Source of the DNA: an uncultured Caryophanaceae bacterium
GTDB lineage: Bacteria > Bacillota > Bacilli > Bacillales_A > Planococcaceae
Assembly: GCA_963792445.1 (NCBI GenBank)
Contig: CAWBWO010000007.1
Span: forward strand, 1,247-65,246
Reading direction: 5' to 3'
Length of the DNA: 64,000 nucleotides
The notes below the pieces were generated by a model, which was given only the letters and a program-made list of their open reading frames with translations, was not told the DNA's origin and did not search any database. Every line of letters begins with the position of its first letter. Position 1 is the first letter of the stretch. The position numbers and the translations under genes were made by a program. Positions 20,988 to 32,397 of this stretch are shown here, in pieces.

Positions 20988-21734
20988 TTATTTCCAAAGG
21001 TTAAATAACCCCTCATTCACTCCTAAATTATACATATAATATGCACCAAAAATAACACTAATAGCGCCGGTAATGATTCCTAGTGTTCCACTAATGTTCG
21101 TACGCTTTTTACTCAATACAAATGGAATACCAATAATGGTCGTAAAAAAGAGCATTCCAATAACGGTTCCAAGTCCAAAGATCATGATATAAACAGCTGC
21201 TTCTCCAACACTCTTAACTGTACTCATCGTTAACAAAACCATCGCGCCACTTCCTGCCAAACCATGGACTAAGCCAATCAACGTTGAACTTAAATACGTT
21301 CTCTTTTTATGCTGATGATGATGATCGTGTTCCCCCTCATTTTTATGGGAATGGACATGCATATGTTCATCTTCGTCAACTTCTATATCTTCTATATCCT
21401 GAGTATGTGTATGACTATGCTTATGTATATGGATATGTTTAAAAGAAAGTATCGTTTTCGCACCAAGATAAACAAGCATGATGCCAACTAAAAATTCTAA
21501 AGACATTGCCCACTTTTCCGGAATTTCGCCCTTCATGAGAATAACAATAATACCCACTATAAACAATGTAGCCGTATGACCAATCCCCCAAAATACACCC
21601 GCTAATGAAGAATGCCATAACTTTTTACTTTTACTTGCAATTGTAGAAACAGCAATCACATGGTCTGGTTCAATCGCGTGCTTGATTCCTAAAATAAACC
21701 CCAAAGCTAGTACAGAAAATATCGTTGCATCCAA
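20988..21734 (-). CDS. ureH: Urease accessory nickel transporter (NiCoT/UreH type)
   Basis: KHAIEPDH, GIGHT, His-rich loop, HGLAGSG. Confidence 0.88.
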   Translation of the reverse strand: MDATIFSVLALGFILGIKHAIEPDHVIAVSTIASKSKKLWHSSLAGVFWGIGHTATLFIVGIIVILMKGEIPEKWAMSLEFLVGIMLVYLGAKTILSFKHIHIHKHSHTHTQDIEDIEVDEDEHMHVHSHKNEGEHDHHHQHKKRTYLSSTLIGLVHGLAGSGAMVLLTMSTVKSVGEAAVYIMIFGLGTVIGMLFFTTIIGIPFVLSKKRTNISGTLGIITGAISVIFGAYYMYNLGVNEGLFNLWK

Positions 21735-21798
21735 CTAATTTCCCCCTATACTTTTTTTATTAAAACCCAGCAACCTTGATAATTGCTGGGGTAGTTCA

Positions 21799-22623
21799 TT
21801 AATATTTTCTCAAAAAACTAGGTGATTTTTCATACCATTCCTGACTAAGAAAGGTATGAAAATCGGAAAATATTCTTTCTATTGTTTGTGTTTTATTCGC
21901 TAACACTCGAATGGTAAAACCCGGAATCGGTAGTAACGATATGCCTATCTTATAATCATTTAAATGATCTGGTAAAGTTTGATTTAAACGATCAAGAAGA
22001 GAATGATTCACTTTTTCATCAATTACGATCATGGAACCTAAATGAGAATAGCCTTCCATTAATCCTAAGCCTTCTATATTTTGCAGCTTTGGATTTAATT
22101 TGATATGATCATATACTGCTAGCTCATTTTCCATATAAATTTCATTGATGAGTTGTAGCATATCATAGCTAAATCTTTCTCCTTCAGGTGACCATCCAGG
22201 AGTAATAATATCTGTATATAGAAGTGAACATCCTTTTTCCATATAGATTACATTTTTTTGTTTATAACGGGCATGTTGATATCCAATAAGTGGATCGGGA
22301 ATATATTCAAGATAACTGCCTTCTTTTAGATGAAACTCAGCTTCCTGATAGGCATGCGTGTGTGGTGTCTTATATATTTTGGTTGCCGATTGGGTTGTTA
22401 AGGTTAGTCTTGCCTGCTTCTCAAGTGTTGTGATGATTTGATAGCGATCCCCGTCTAAGTAGCCACCGCCTGGATTTAAAATATAATAGCAGGCTTGACC
22501 GGAATCATCGTGATAAACGGGACGCATGACTTTGTACGCCCCTTGAAAATACACATCACTTGCTATGGTTTTGCCATTTCTTTCTTCCATACCTAATCGT
22601 AAAACGCCTGTCCAATCCCCCAT
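21799..22623 (-). CDS. ureD: Urease accessory protein UreD
   Basis: NPGGGYLDGD, TTQSATKIY. Confidence 0.92.
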   Translation of the reverse strand: MGDWTGVLRLGMEERNGKTIASDVYFQGAYKVMRPVYHDDSGQACYYILNPGGGYLDGDRYQIITTLEKQARLTLTTQSATKIYKTPHTHAYQEAEFHLKEGSYLEYIPDPLIGYQHARYKQKNVIYMEKGCSLLYTDIITPGWSPEGERFSYDMLQLINEIYMENELAVYDHIKLNPKLQNIEGLGLMEGYSHLGSMIVIDEKVNHSLLDRLNQTLPDHLNDYKIGISLLPIPGFTIRVLANKTQTIERIFSDFHTFLSQEWYEKSPSFLRKY

Positions 22624-22624
22624 C

Positions 22625-23239
22625 TTACGCCAATCCTTTTAAAAGAGCATTTTTCTTTAACCATTCTATGACTTCATCGAGCCCTTCATTCTCTTTTAAA
22701 TTGGTAAAAACAAAAGGTTTATCACCTCGGAAAACCTTTGTATCCGATGCCATCACATCAAGGCTTGCACCAACATATGGAGCTAAATCTGTTTTATTGA
22801 TAATAAATAAATCAGATTTAATCATTCCTTGTCCGCCTTTACGTGGGATTTTTTCACCTTGCGCCACGTCTATAATATATATGGAAAAGTCGACCAATTC
22901 AGGACTGAATGTGGCAGCTAAATTATCTCCACCACTTTCTACAAAAATAAGTTCTACATCCGGATGCTTCGCTTTTAATTCATCTATCGCAGCGAAATTC
23001 ATGGAAGCATCTTCACGAATTGCTGTGTGAGGGCATCCTCCTGTTTCGACACCAATGATGCGATCGGCTTCAAGCACACCGTTTTTCATTAAAAATTTCG
23101 CATCTTCTTTTGTATAAATATCATTTGTCACAACGGCCATACTAATTTCATCTTGTAAATGACGAGTTAACTTTTCAACCAACATCGTTTTACCTGCTCC
23201 AACAGGTCCTCCTACACCAATTTTAATGGGTTCCATCAT
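22625..23239 (-). CDS. ureG: Urease accessory GTPase UreG
   Basis: [25 protein letters not shown]. Confidence 0.96.
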   Translation of the reverse strand: MMEPIKIGVGGPVGAGKTMLVEKLTRHLQDEISMAVVTNDIYTKEDAKFLMKNGVLEADRIIGVETGGCPHTAIREDASMNFAAIDELKAKHPDVELIFVESGGDNLAATFSPELVDFSIYIIDVAQGEKIPRKGGQGMIKSDLFIINKTDLAPYVGASLDVMASDTKVFRGDKPFVFTNLKENEGLDEVIEWLKKNALLKGLA

Positions 23240-23256
23240 TAACACTTCCTATTCTT

Positions 23257-23943
23257 CTAAGACATAAAAATACGAATATTCACACGTTCATGCATCATTT
23301 GAGCTAATTCTAGACCCGGAGAAACAATGCCAAAATCTTCTTCGTCTAAACATTGAATTTTTTCTGTTGCTTTTACTAAAGTATCCTGGAACTCCTGCAG
23401 TGTTTTCTGACCTGCCGTTTGCCCTAAAGGAATCGCTCGGACTGCATTTTGAACAAGACTTGTAACAGTGGAGTATAAATAATACAAGATTGTCGTTGAT
23501 TTCTCTACACCTAAGTGATGACCGACTATCGTAAAAACAATCGCTGGATGACCAAATGATTGCTTGTTTTTTATACGTTCTAAGTAAGTTGAAAGAATGG
23601 GAATATCATAAAGGGATTGAACAAGGACTAACATCCGTTCACCAATTCTTTGATTTCCTTCTCTCGTTTCACGTGGCAAATTTTGAACCGTTAGCATCTG
23701 GTCTAATTTCCATACTTTTTGCAAATCTTCCTTCTCAATTGCCTCATAAACAAGGCGGGAAGCTAGCCCATCTGAATAGATGAGTTGCTCGTTTACATAT
23801 GCTTGAAGCCATTGTAAGAATGAAGCCTGATCATGAACTTTGTTTTCTTGAATATAGCTTTCAAGACCATATGAATGACTGAATGCTCCAGTAGGGAAAT
23901 TTGAATCACACAGTTGTAGTAAAGATAAAATATGATTATTCAT
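23257..23943 (-). CDS. ureF: Urease accessory protein UreF
   Basis: [27 protein letters not shown]. Confidence 0.94.
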   Translation of the reverse strand: MNNHILSLLQLCDSNFPTGAFSHSYGLESYIQENKVHDQASFLQWLQAYVNEQLIYSDGLASRLVYEAIEKEDLQKVWKLDQMLTVQNLPRETREGNQRIGERMLVLVQSLYDIPILSTYLERIKNKQSFGHPAIVFTIVGHHLGVEKSTTILYYLYSTVTSLVQNAVRAIPLGQTAGQKTLQEFQDTLVKATEKIQCLDEEDFGIVSPGLELAQMMHERVNIRIFMS

Positions 23944-24391
23944 GGCTATGTCCAATATGGCGAAACGCCTGTTTTACTTTCCGTTCTTCACGTTTATAAG
24001 GAATCTGCATGTTTTGAAGTAATTCTTCTACAAGATAATCGTATTGGACAAGCATCTCGTCTCCCTCAAATTGGGCCGGAAGATGGCGATTTCCCAATTG
24101 ATGCGCAATATTCCCCATTTCATTTAAATTGCGTGGCATAATGATTAATAAATCATCTGAGATTACATCGATAATAATCATATTTTTGTCATCCATGTAT
24201 AAAACATCACCCGCAACAAGGTCAACTGGATTTTTTAATCGAATCCCAAGTTCATGCCCGTGATCAGTAGTGACGCGTTGAATTCGTTTGACTAAGTCTG
24301 CGCTCTCTAAGTGCACTTTTTCAATATGTCTCTTTTTTACATCTTCTTGTTCCATTTGATCAATATTTGTTATGATTTCTTCAACTATCAA
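23936..24391 (-). CDS. ureE: Urease accessory protein UreE
   Basis: [11 protein letters not shown]-terminal HIGHSHE. Confidence 0.93.
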   Translation of the reverse strand: MIVEEIITNIDQMEQEDVKKRHIEKVHLESADLVKRIQRVTTDHGHELGIRLKNPVDLVAGDVLYMDDKNMIIIDVISDDLLIIMPRNLNEMGNIAHQLGNRHLPAQFEGDEMLVQYDYLVEELLQNMQIPYKREERKVKQAFRHIGHSHE

Positions 24392-24402
24392 TATCTTCAC
24401 CT

Positions 24403-26115
24403 CTAGAATAAGAAATATCGTTGTCCCATCGGTACCTTGTCAACAGGGTCACATGTGATTAATTCTCCATTTACTTTTACTTCATAAGTTTGTGGATCAA
24501 CCGTAATTTCTGGTGTTTCAGAATTCAACTTCATATCTTTTTTCGTTAATTTCCGAATACCACGAACAGGAAGGACCATTTTTTTCAATCCTAGTTTTTC
24601 ATGTACTTTGTCTTCAAACGCTGCAGTTGATACAAATGTTATGCAAGTGCTAGCTAACGCAAGGCCTAGTTGGCCATACATTGGGCGAGATATGATAGGT
24701 TGTGGCGTTGGGATTGATGCATTGGCATCGCCCATCAAACCTTCTACAACAAAGCCACTTTTAATCACCATTTCAGGCTTCACGGCAAAAAATGCTGGAT
24801 CCCAAAGTACTAAATCGGCAATTTTCCCCACTTCAACGGAACCGACATATTCAGAAATTCCATGTGTGATGGCTGGGTTAATCGTATATTTTGCAACATA
24901 GCGTTTACAACGATTATTATCTGAAAGCTCTTTGTCACCTTCTAATAAACCTCTTTGCTTTTTCATTTTGTCAGCTGTTTGCCAAATTCGTAAAATGACT
25001 TCGCCAATTCGGCCCATCGCCTGTGCATCAGAGCTAACCATACTGAATACACCCATATCTTGAAGAATATCTTCAGCCGCAATCGTTTCTTTTCTAATCC
25101 GTGAATCAGCAAAAGCAAGATCCTCTGGAATCGATGGATTTAAATGGTGACATACCATTAACATATCTAAATGCTCATCTACTGTATTAATCGTATATGG
25201 AAGTGTCGGATTCGTTGAGGATGGAAGAACATTCATATAACTTGCAGATTTGATTAAATCTGGCGCATGCCCACCACCGGCACCTTCTGTATGGTACATA
25301 TGGATTACACGATCTTTTAGCGCTGCCATCGTATTTTCCATAAATCCACCTTCATTTAACGTATCCGCATGAATGGCAACTTGCACATCATATTTTTCTG
25401 CAACAGATAATGCATGGTCGATGGCTGATGATGTTGCTCCCCAGTCTTCATGAACTTTTAACCCAATTACCCCTGCACGAACTTGCTCTGCCAGAGGTTC
25501 TTCTTCTGCAGCTTGTCCTTTGCCGGTAAATCCTACGTTTATTGGCATGCCTTCCGCAGCTTCGAGCATTCTATGGATATGCCATTCACCAGGAGTTACC
25601 GTTGTAGCTTTTGAACCCGCAGCTGGACCAGTTCCTCCTCCAATGACAGTTGTAAGGCCTGAAGCTAATGCAGTTCGAACCTGTTCGGGATTGATAAAGT
25701 GAACATGTGTATCAATGCCGCCAGCCGTTACAATCATGCCTTCACCAGCAATCACTTCTGTTCCTGCACCAATGACAATATCCACATGATCCATGACTAA
25801 TGGGTTACCTGCTTTTCCGATTCCAGCAATTTTCCCATCACGGATACCAATGTCCGCTTTATAAATGCCTGTATAATCTAAAATAACCGCATTCGTAATC
25901 ACTACATCTGCGATTCCATCTGCTCTTGTGACAAGTGGATGTTGTCCCATACCGTCACGAATTACTTTCCCACCACCAAATACAACCTCATCACCATAGG
26001 ATGTAAAGTCTTTCTCAATTTGAATGATTAACTCTGTATCGGCTAAACGAATCGAATCTCCTGTAGTTGGACCATACATCTGAGCGTATTGCTTTCTTGT
26101 CATTTTAAAACTCAA
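24403..26115 (-). CDS. ureC: Urease subunit alpha
   Basis: [32 protein letters not shown]. Confidence 0.97.
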   Translation of the reverse strand: MSFKMTRKQYAQMYGPTTGDSIRLADTELIIQIEKDFTSYGDEVVFGGGKVIRDGMGQHPLVTRADGIADVVITNAVILDYTGIYKADIGIRDGKIAGIGKAGNPLVMDHVDIVIGAGTEVIAGEGMIVTAGGIDTHVHFINPEQVRTALASGLTTVIGGGTGPAAGSKATTVTPGEWHIHRMLEAAEGMPINVGFTGKGQAAEEEPLAEQVRAGVIGLKVHEDWGATSSAIDHALSVAEKYDVQVAIHADTLNEGGFMENTMAALKDRVIHMYHTEGAGGGHAPDLIKSASYMNVLPSSTNPTLPYTINTVDEHLDMLMVCHHLNPSIPEDLAFADSRIRKETIAAEDILQDMGVFSMVSSDAQAMGRIGEVILRIWQTADKMKKQRGLLEGDKELSDNNRCKRYVAKYTINPAITHGISEYVGSVEVGKIADLVLWDPAFFAVKPEMVIKSGFVVEGLMGDANASIPTPQPIISRPMYGQLGLALASTCITFVSTAAFEDKVHEKLGLKKMVLPVRGIRKLTKKDMKLNSETPEITVDPQTYEVKVNGELITCDPVDKVPMGQRYFLF

Positions 26116-26117
26116 TT

Positions 26118-26437
26118 TTAACTCCCCTTTTCTACGGAACCATCCACTTTATTGTTAAATCCATATACTCGGCGTTCTCCAGCATAAGTCAATGAGTTCA
26201 ACTTCTTTTTCATCACCAGGTTCAAAACGAACAGCTGCGCCTGCTGGAATATTAAGTCTTTTTCCGAATGCTTCCTCTCGATTAAATTGAAGCGCTTCAT
26301 TTACTTCATAAAAAGTGAAAATGTGATCCTACCTGAACAGGACGGTCTCCTGTATTTATGGCAGTCAGTTTAGAAGCTTGTCGATCGGCATTACAAATAA
26401 TGTCTTCGTCTTTTAAAAATAATTGTCCTGGAATCAT
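26118..26437 (-). CDS. ureB: Urease subunit beta (two +1 frameshifts, probably sequencing errors)
   Basis: MIPGQLFL...[15 protein letters not shown], shift, YEVNEAL...[15 protein letters not shown], shift, [11 protein letters not shown]. Confidence 0.9.
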
Positions 26438-26459
26438 TTTACCTACGCCTCCTGTCTTT

Positions 26460-26762
26460 TTATTTAATCGGACTATGAACAGTCACTAGCTTTGTTCCGT
26501 CTGGAAATGTTGCTTCTACTTGAATATCAGGAATCATTTCTGGAATGCCTTCCATTACGTCTTCTCGAGACAAAATGGTCGTACCATACTCCATTAATTC
26601 AGCAACCGTTTTTCCATCCCGCGCGCCCTCTAATACTTCATATGTTATAAAAGCGACAGATTCTGGGTAATTTAATTTAAGCCCTCTTTCTTTTCTTCGC
26701 TTTGCAAGATCTGCGGCAATGACAATCATGAGCTTGTCAATCTCACGTGGTAACAATTTCAT
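26460..26762 (-). CDS. ureA: Urease subunit gamma
   Basis: [11 protein letters not shown]...LNYPE...[14 protein letters not shown]. Confidence 0.97.
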   Translation of the reverse strand: MKLLPREIDKLMIVIAADLAKRRKERGLKLNYPESVAFITYEVLEGARDGKTVAELMEYGTTILSREDVMEGIPEMIPDIQVEATFPDGTKLVTVHSPIK

Positions 26763-26962
26763 TGAAATACCTCCTTTAACTAACTTGATGGTAATAATAC
26801 TAGATAGTTCTCTCCGAATTATTTACTTTTAAAACTCAAAAATAAAAAATATTTCAAGGGGTTCTTGAATATTTGAATAAAACAATGGAATTTCGCACTA
26901 TTCTTTTTGTATCACCATACATTTGGTTAATCTTCATCCAATTAAAAAGGAGTTTATTATTC

Positions 26963-27909
26963 ATGGAAACTGACAAACAACATTCTTTTAGAAATGGACC
27001 AATTTTTTCTTTTATAACAGCTACACTAATGGGTATCTCTCAAGTCATCCTAATAGAGAATGTCATTACTGGGTTGTTAATTCTTATAGCCATAGCCATT
27101 TCTTCATATTTACTTAGGTTTAATAGCCCTGTTCTCTTCAATAATCGGCGTTTTCGTAGGGAAAATTGGAGGAGCTGATCCGCATAGTATCAATCAAGGT
27201 TTGCTAGGATATAATTCTGTTCTAACTGGATTGGCATTGGCATTATTCCTACATGGACCTTTTACGTGGATTGCTGCTTTAGTTGGAGCCGCCGTAGCTG
27301 CAGTATTTACAGCTACCATGATGCATTTTATGAAAAATACAGAAATTCCTATTGTTGACGTTTCCATTTATTATTCTGACTTGGTTTATACTACTTTCTA
27401 CTTACAAGTTAGAGCGGTTTCAATTAAGCAAAACATTAGTTCCTCAAGATTTAACACATTGGGAATTAAATATTGAAGGACATGTCGATTTATTGAGCGC
27501 CATCTTTCATGGAATTGGTCAAGTATTTTTTCTAGATAATACGTTATCTGGCATCCTTATATTTATAGCTGTCTTTTGGGGAGGTTGGAGAATTGGTCTA
27601 TATGCAGCCATTGGAAACGCAGTGGCAATCGTTATTGCCTACTTATTAGGCGGTGAACATGACTTAATCGTTACTGGACTTTATGGATATAACGCAATTT
27701 TAACAATCATTGCCGTTTCTGCAGTGTTTAAACATCATTACAATCGTCTTTCATTGCTAACAGGTATAATTGCTGCTTGTCTATCCGTCCCTATAACAGC
27801 AGGACTTTCTACGGCGCTTTTACCATTAGGACTCCCTGCATTAACGATGCCTTTTGTCCTTTGCACATGGCTTTTCCTTGGGGCAAGGAACGTACTTCCG
27901 AATATTTAA
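26963..27909 (+). CDS. Urea transporter (UT/Yut family; two +1 frameshifts)
   Basis: GISQV, GLLGYN, LTFPF, GIGQVFF, GLYGYN and LTMPF motifs spread over three ORF pieces. Confidence 0.85.
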
Positions 27910-27976
27910 AAAAATGGTTGCCTCAAAAAATTTTGAGACAACCATTTCTTATCTTTTGATTTATGTTTCTTACTCA

Positions 27977-28192
27977 TTATTGAAGACGATTTGACATCAT
28001 ATGGAAAACTTTTGATTCAATTTCCATCAAGTGTTCGTCGCTAATCGATTGTTGTGGATGAGGATGATACCAATGAATTTTCCCATTATGAACCATTCCT
28101 TTATATTCATCACCTTGAATTTTCAAAGAAAAGTGTGGACGTTCGTGTGCTTGACCCTCAAAAAGATGGTTTATTTCAAAATTTTCAAACAT
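27977..28192 (-). CDS. YheE-like small protein
   Basis: MFENFEI...YKGMVHNGKIHWYHPHP; GGAGG RBS. Confidence 0.7.
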   Translation of the reverse strand: MFENFEINHLFEGQAHERPHFSLKIQGDEYKGMVHNGKIHWYHPHPQQSISDEHLMEIESKVFHMMSNRLQ

Positions 28193-28374
28193 GTCTTTCC
28201 CTCCTTCTTTATACAAAAGGAGTTTTTCCAAATTTATTAATATGTATGCAATGATTATTTGGATAGGAAAGAAGTTCCAAGCACAATAATTATTCAAATT
28301 ACTACTACATTAGAGGTCTGACTATTCATTCGCCTAGAGAGCTGAAAAAATATTTTATACTAATTTGCTTTAGG

Positions 28375-28490
28375 TTGAAGTGGAAACGGCTTCGCTTTCC
28401 GAGCCAAGTGAGCGGTGAGTCTCCCAACGATGTTCCGGGGTCTCATCTGTCTCGCTTTTCCCGCGGGAGTCTTCGCCGTTTCCACTTCAA
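28375..28490. repeat. MITE/REP-like Bacillales intergenic element with 16-bp terminal inverted repeats
   Basis: TTGAAGTGGAAACGGC ... GCCGTTTCCACTTCAA, GC-rich interior. Confidence 0.75.
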
Positions 28491-28734
28491 GAATATTTAG
28501 AGTACAAATCTCCACCAAAAGTTACTAGTTAAAATTTATTAATAATATTCTTCCATTCTTATTTAGTGATTCTCTTTTGGATGAAATCGATATAATCAAT
28601 TAAAACATAATACATTACTCGAAATTGCAATGAATCAATTTTTTAGAAGACACCAATACTTTATCATAAATCTCTAAATTCTCTTTAATCTAAAAAGAGC
28701 ATTTCAAATTCTTAAAAGATCATTCTTTCCATGA

Positions 28735-29832
28735 TTACTTATATGTTGCCTTGATATCATTCGGTTCATCTACTTTTGGAGGTTTTATTTCATTTGAAGT
28801 TAAGACATCTCCTGACACTTTCTTATTGAGTAAAAACTCTGTATACCCAGTTTCAAAGAATGTTGGGTTTTTTGCCCATTCTGATTTTGGAAGGGTTAAG
28901 GTAAATGTGCCGTCTTCTTTCGGGATGGTTACGTTATATTTTTCTTTCGAATTTATACCTATGATTGTTGCTTTATATAACGCACCAGGTACGATTTTCG
29001 TTACTAATGTCGGCGGTTTATCTTGTATGGTCGTACCGTTTTTTGGAAGCGTAATGTCAAGCGTTACCCCTTTATCTTCAGGGAAAAAGTAAGCTTTGTG
29101 ATCTGGTAGTGAGTAGGTTTTACCCTTGTAAATGACATTCAAATAATGTGCTTCTTCGTCCTCTGGAAGATAATACATATAAAATTCACCTTTTTCATTG
29201 CTTGGATAGGACATCGTGAATCCTTCAACGCCGTCTCTTCTGAGATTTGCAGTTGCTCCTTTTACAGGTCTTCCATTGTGATCTTTAATTGTTCCACTTA
29301 TTTTGTATTTATCAATCACAAATGAGGGGAACTTTTCATTTTCATGTACATTAGCTTGTCCATATATATCCACTAATGTCTTATTTTCTTTGTTTTCTTC
29401 TACTTTATGAATGGTGATTGGATAGTAAACTATTATTCGGTCTTCTATTTTTAACAATGATTTTTTAATGTCGTCATTCACTTTTTTCCCGTCAATTTTT
29501 GCTTCATTCACATTCACAACTTTGATTTTATTTTGTGCTAATTTATTTTTGTTTACTAAAAAGGTAATTTCACCGTTTTTATTGGTTTCAATGGTTCTTT
29601 TATCGGTGATTTGCACTACTGCATCTTCAATAGGCTGATTTCCTGCTAAAAGTTTTCCCTTTACATGTTCGGTATGAGAACCGTCCATTTTCCAAGATGT
29701 ATAGGTAAAATCATGTTTTTCTAGCTGAAAGGAAACTTTTACAGGTTCTTTTTTGGTAGGGTTTTCTTTTGAGCAAGCAAAAAGCAATCCTAGCAGTGTG
29801 CATAAAAATAGGAATGGAATCATTTTTTTCAA
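28735..29832 (-). CDS. Lipoprotein with carboxypeptidase-regulatory-like (beta-sandwich) domains
   Basis: Lipobox LFAC; ISGTIKDHNGRPVKGATANL pattern; downstream of the PQQ dehydrogenase. Confidence 0.7.
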   Translation of the reverse strand: MKKMIPFLFLCTLLGLLFACSKENPTKKEPVKVSFQLEKHDFTYTSWKMDGSHTEHVKGKLLAGNQPIEDAVVQITDKRTIETNKNGEITFLVNKNKLAQNKIKVVNVNEAKIDGKKVNDDIKKSLLKIEDRIIVYYPITIHKVEENKENKTLVDIYGQANVHENEKFPSFVIDKYKISGTIKDHNGRPVKGATANLRRDGVEGFTMSYPSNEKGEFYMYYLPEDEEAHYLNVIYKGKTYSLPDHKAYFFPEDKGVTLDITLPKNGTTIQDKPPTLVTKIVPGALYKATIIGINSKEKYNVTIPKEDGTFTLTLPKSEWAKNPTFFETGYTEFLLNKKVSGDVLTSNEIKPPKVDEPNDIKATYK

Positions 29833-29936
29833 ATGCTTTTTCCCTCCCTTCCCTAAAATTAAAATAAAAAAAATAGAGCTGTCCAGTAAGTATGATAGAT
29901 AGAGACTTTTCTAGACAGCTCATTAATTATTGGTCA

Positions 29937-31670
29937 TTATTTCTTTGATTTTTTTGCTGCTTCTGCTTCGGAACTTGTACTTTTCCCTTCAGAAACAGTT
30001 CCTTGTGTTTTGTCTCCACCTAGACCAAATACATAAACTTGTGGATCGCGACTTGCGGTGGTAATGATTAAATATTGTTTTCCGTCCTTTTCAAAGATTG
30101 ACGGTGCTGCAGAGATTGTATTTCCATTTGTTTGGAATGACCATAGTTCTTTTCCTGTTGCTGTTTCAAGTGCTTTTACTTTACCATCTAATTCACCATA
30201 GAATGTAAGGCCCGTTTCCGTACTTGTTAAGCCACCTCGTTGTGGATCATCGGTTTTGATATCCCATTTGATTTTACCTGTATCGAGATCAATCGCTGTA
30301 ATTTTGCCATAAGGGTCAACGCTTTCATCTAAAGGTACGTAAGAAGTTCCTGCAGCAATGATACCTGGCGCACCTTTTTTCTTTGCTTCTGCTTCGTTTT
30401 TCGCTGATTTCATAATCATCGGTTGTTCAATAGAAGGAATCAATGTTAGGTTTTCTTTTGGATCAAATGTGTCAGGTGCATAGTTTTGACCACCTAATAC
30501 CCCAGGATATACTTTTACCCCTTTTGCAGTTGGTTTTGGATGATCGATTTTATTGAATGCTACGTTTTTGTAAATTGGTGTACCCTCTTTGGCATCATAG
30601 GCAAACCATTCTCCACCTTTTGTACCGACTGCAACAATTTTCTTTTGCTCGCCTCCTACTTTGGCAGTCATGATTGTAGGTGAATCTGCTGTATCATAAT
30701 CCCATAAATCATGCGATTGTTGTTGCTGTGCCCAGATTAATTTACCTGTGTTTGCATCAAGTGCCACAACTGAATCAGTATGTGGATTTGCACCTGGTCG
30801 TGATTTACCATAGAAGTCAGGCGCTGGATTTCCGACACTTATATAAATGTAGTTCGATTCTTGGTCATAACTAGGTGGCATCCAAACAGCACCACCACCT
30901 CCGAATAGGCCATCTTTTAACCATCCTTCACCTTTAGGAGGAACAGTCCAGAATGGCTCATCCCATGCAGGTGTTAAGTCATCTGTTTTTAAAGCCATTT
31001 CAAATCCTCGTACACCATTGTCACCACCCGATGACCCGATGAATATTTTGCCGTTCGCTACAACAGGAGCGGTCGTTTCATAGTAACCGTTTTCAGGCGT
31101 GATCTCTGGGAAGTAATCTTTAAGATGTACAAATTTATCCGTTTTCCCTGTTTTAGCGTCGATGGATACGACGCCTACATCGTTCGTAATCATAAATACT
31201 TTACCGTCTGCTACAGCTACGCCACGGTTACTAGATGGCAATCCAGTCTTTTTCCCCGTCTCAATAATTTCATTTGGCGGTGTCCATTTCCAAATGACAT
31301 CCCCTGTGATTGCGTCAAATGCAAATACATAATTTGAACTTGTAGTCACATACGCAACACCATCAACTACAATTGGATAACTTTGGTTTCCAATTGGAAT
31401 ATTCGAATCTAGTTCTCTAAATTTCTTACTCCAGATAACACCCAAATCTTTTACATTTTCTTTTGTTATTTCACTATAAGGTACATGTCTAGATAGGCCA
31501 TAATCATATCCAAATGTCGGGAAGTTACCAAATGAAGCTTTTGTTACTTCCTCTGACTTCTTACCAGAATCTTTTGGTTCAGAACTTTTACCTGTATCTT
31601 GACTCTGACATGCTGCTAATACAATAGACGCAGCGATTAGAATGGAACCATATTTCAATTTTTTATTCAT
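29937..31670 (-). CDS. Lipoprotein PQQ-dependent dehydrogenase (alcohol/methanol DH-like beta-propeller)
   Basis: Lipobox LAAC; repeated A.DA.TG...W blades; NRGVA, GGGAVW, GNPAP, HDLWDYD. Confidence 0.85.
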   Translation of the reverse strand: MNKKLKYGSILIAASIVLAACQSQDTGKSSEPKDSGKKSEEVTKASFGNFPTFGYDYGLSRHVPYSEITKENVKDLGVIWSKKFRELDSNIPIGNQSYPIVVDGVAYVTTSSNYVFAFDAITGDVIWKWTPPNEIIETGKKTGLPSSNRGVAVADGKVFMITNDVGVVSIDAKTGKTDKFVHLKDYFPEITPENGYYETTAPVVANGKIFIGSSGGDNGVRGFEMALKTDDLTPAWDEPFWTVPPKGEGWLKDGLFGGGGAVWMPPSYDQESNYIYISVGNPAPDFYGKSRPGANPHTDSVVALDANTGKLIWAQQQQSHDLWDYDTADSPTIMTAKVGGEQKKIVAVGTKGGEWFAYDAKEGTPIYKNVAFNKIDHPKPTAKGVKVYPGVLGGQNYAPDTFDPKENLTLIPSIEQPMIMKSAKNEAEAKKKGAPGIIAAGTSYVPLDESVDPYGKITAIDLDTGKIKWDIKTDDPQRGGLTSTETGLTFYGELDGKVKALETATGKELWSFQTNGNTISAAPSIFEKDGKQYLIITTASRDPQVYVFGLGGDKTQGTVSEGKSTSSEAEAAKKSKK

Positions 31671-31862
31671 TCGAACCTACCCTCCTAATATAATATTCTT
31701 TTACAGTTCACATTCTATCGTTCATGTGTCATAAATATTACTCCACTTCACATAAAGTTATTATTGCAACAGAGTTGTTTAATATTTTAAAAAAAGTTTA
31801 GAAAGGAATGCAAAGCTGCATTTGATAGCATTGCTTTACTAGACTTATAGGAGGAAAAATCA

Positions 31863-32294
31863 ATGAAAAAATTTCTTTCATTCGTCATTGTTGGATTATT
31901 GGCCGTTTTGATGGTAGGCTGTGGTGCAAAAGATGATCAAGCAACATCATCTAATGCAAAAGCTAATGAAAATTCAGCAACAAACACAGAAAATAGTAAG
32001 GATAGTGAAAAGGTAAAACCAACTGGAAATGTTGTGGAAGTAACGATTACCTCTAAGAACTTCGAATTCGATCAAAAAGAAATCAAAGCAAAAGTCGGAG
32101 ATACTGTTAAAATCCATTTCAAAAATGATGAAGGTGCACACGGTTTTGGATTAGATGCATTTGGTGGTATCGATATTAAAAGTGGAGAAACTGCGGAATT
32201 TGTAGTAGACAAAGCTGGAACTTATGAATATTACTGTACATTAATGTGCGGACAAGGCCATGATAATATGATGGGAAAATTAATTGTAGAGTAA
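31863..32294 (+). CDS. Lipoprotein cupredoxin with CuA-type site (COX2-like soluble domain)
   Basis: Lipobox MVGC; HGF...YYCTLMCGQGHDNM = H..C-x3-C-x3-H-x2-M. Confidence 0.85.
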   Translation: MKKFLSFVIVGLLAVLMVGCGAKDDQATSSNAKANENSATNTENSKDSEKVKPTGNVVEVTITSKNFEFDQKEIKAKVGDTVKIHFKNDEGAHGFGLDAFGGIDIKSGETAEFVVDKAGTYEYYCTLMCGQGHDNMMGKLIVE

Positions 32295-32397
32295 TGAATA
32301 GTTTGGCGGAAAGAAATAGTATTTAGATAATAAATAAGCTGAATCCAACATAGTTTTGGATTCAGCTTTTAACATCTATGATTTAGAACTTTATTTA

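Noticed and set aside
26118-26437. Programmed frameshifting or phase variation in ureB
   Set aside because: The homopolymers are short, and the same +1 pattern occurs in many unrelated genes, which fits sequencing error better.
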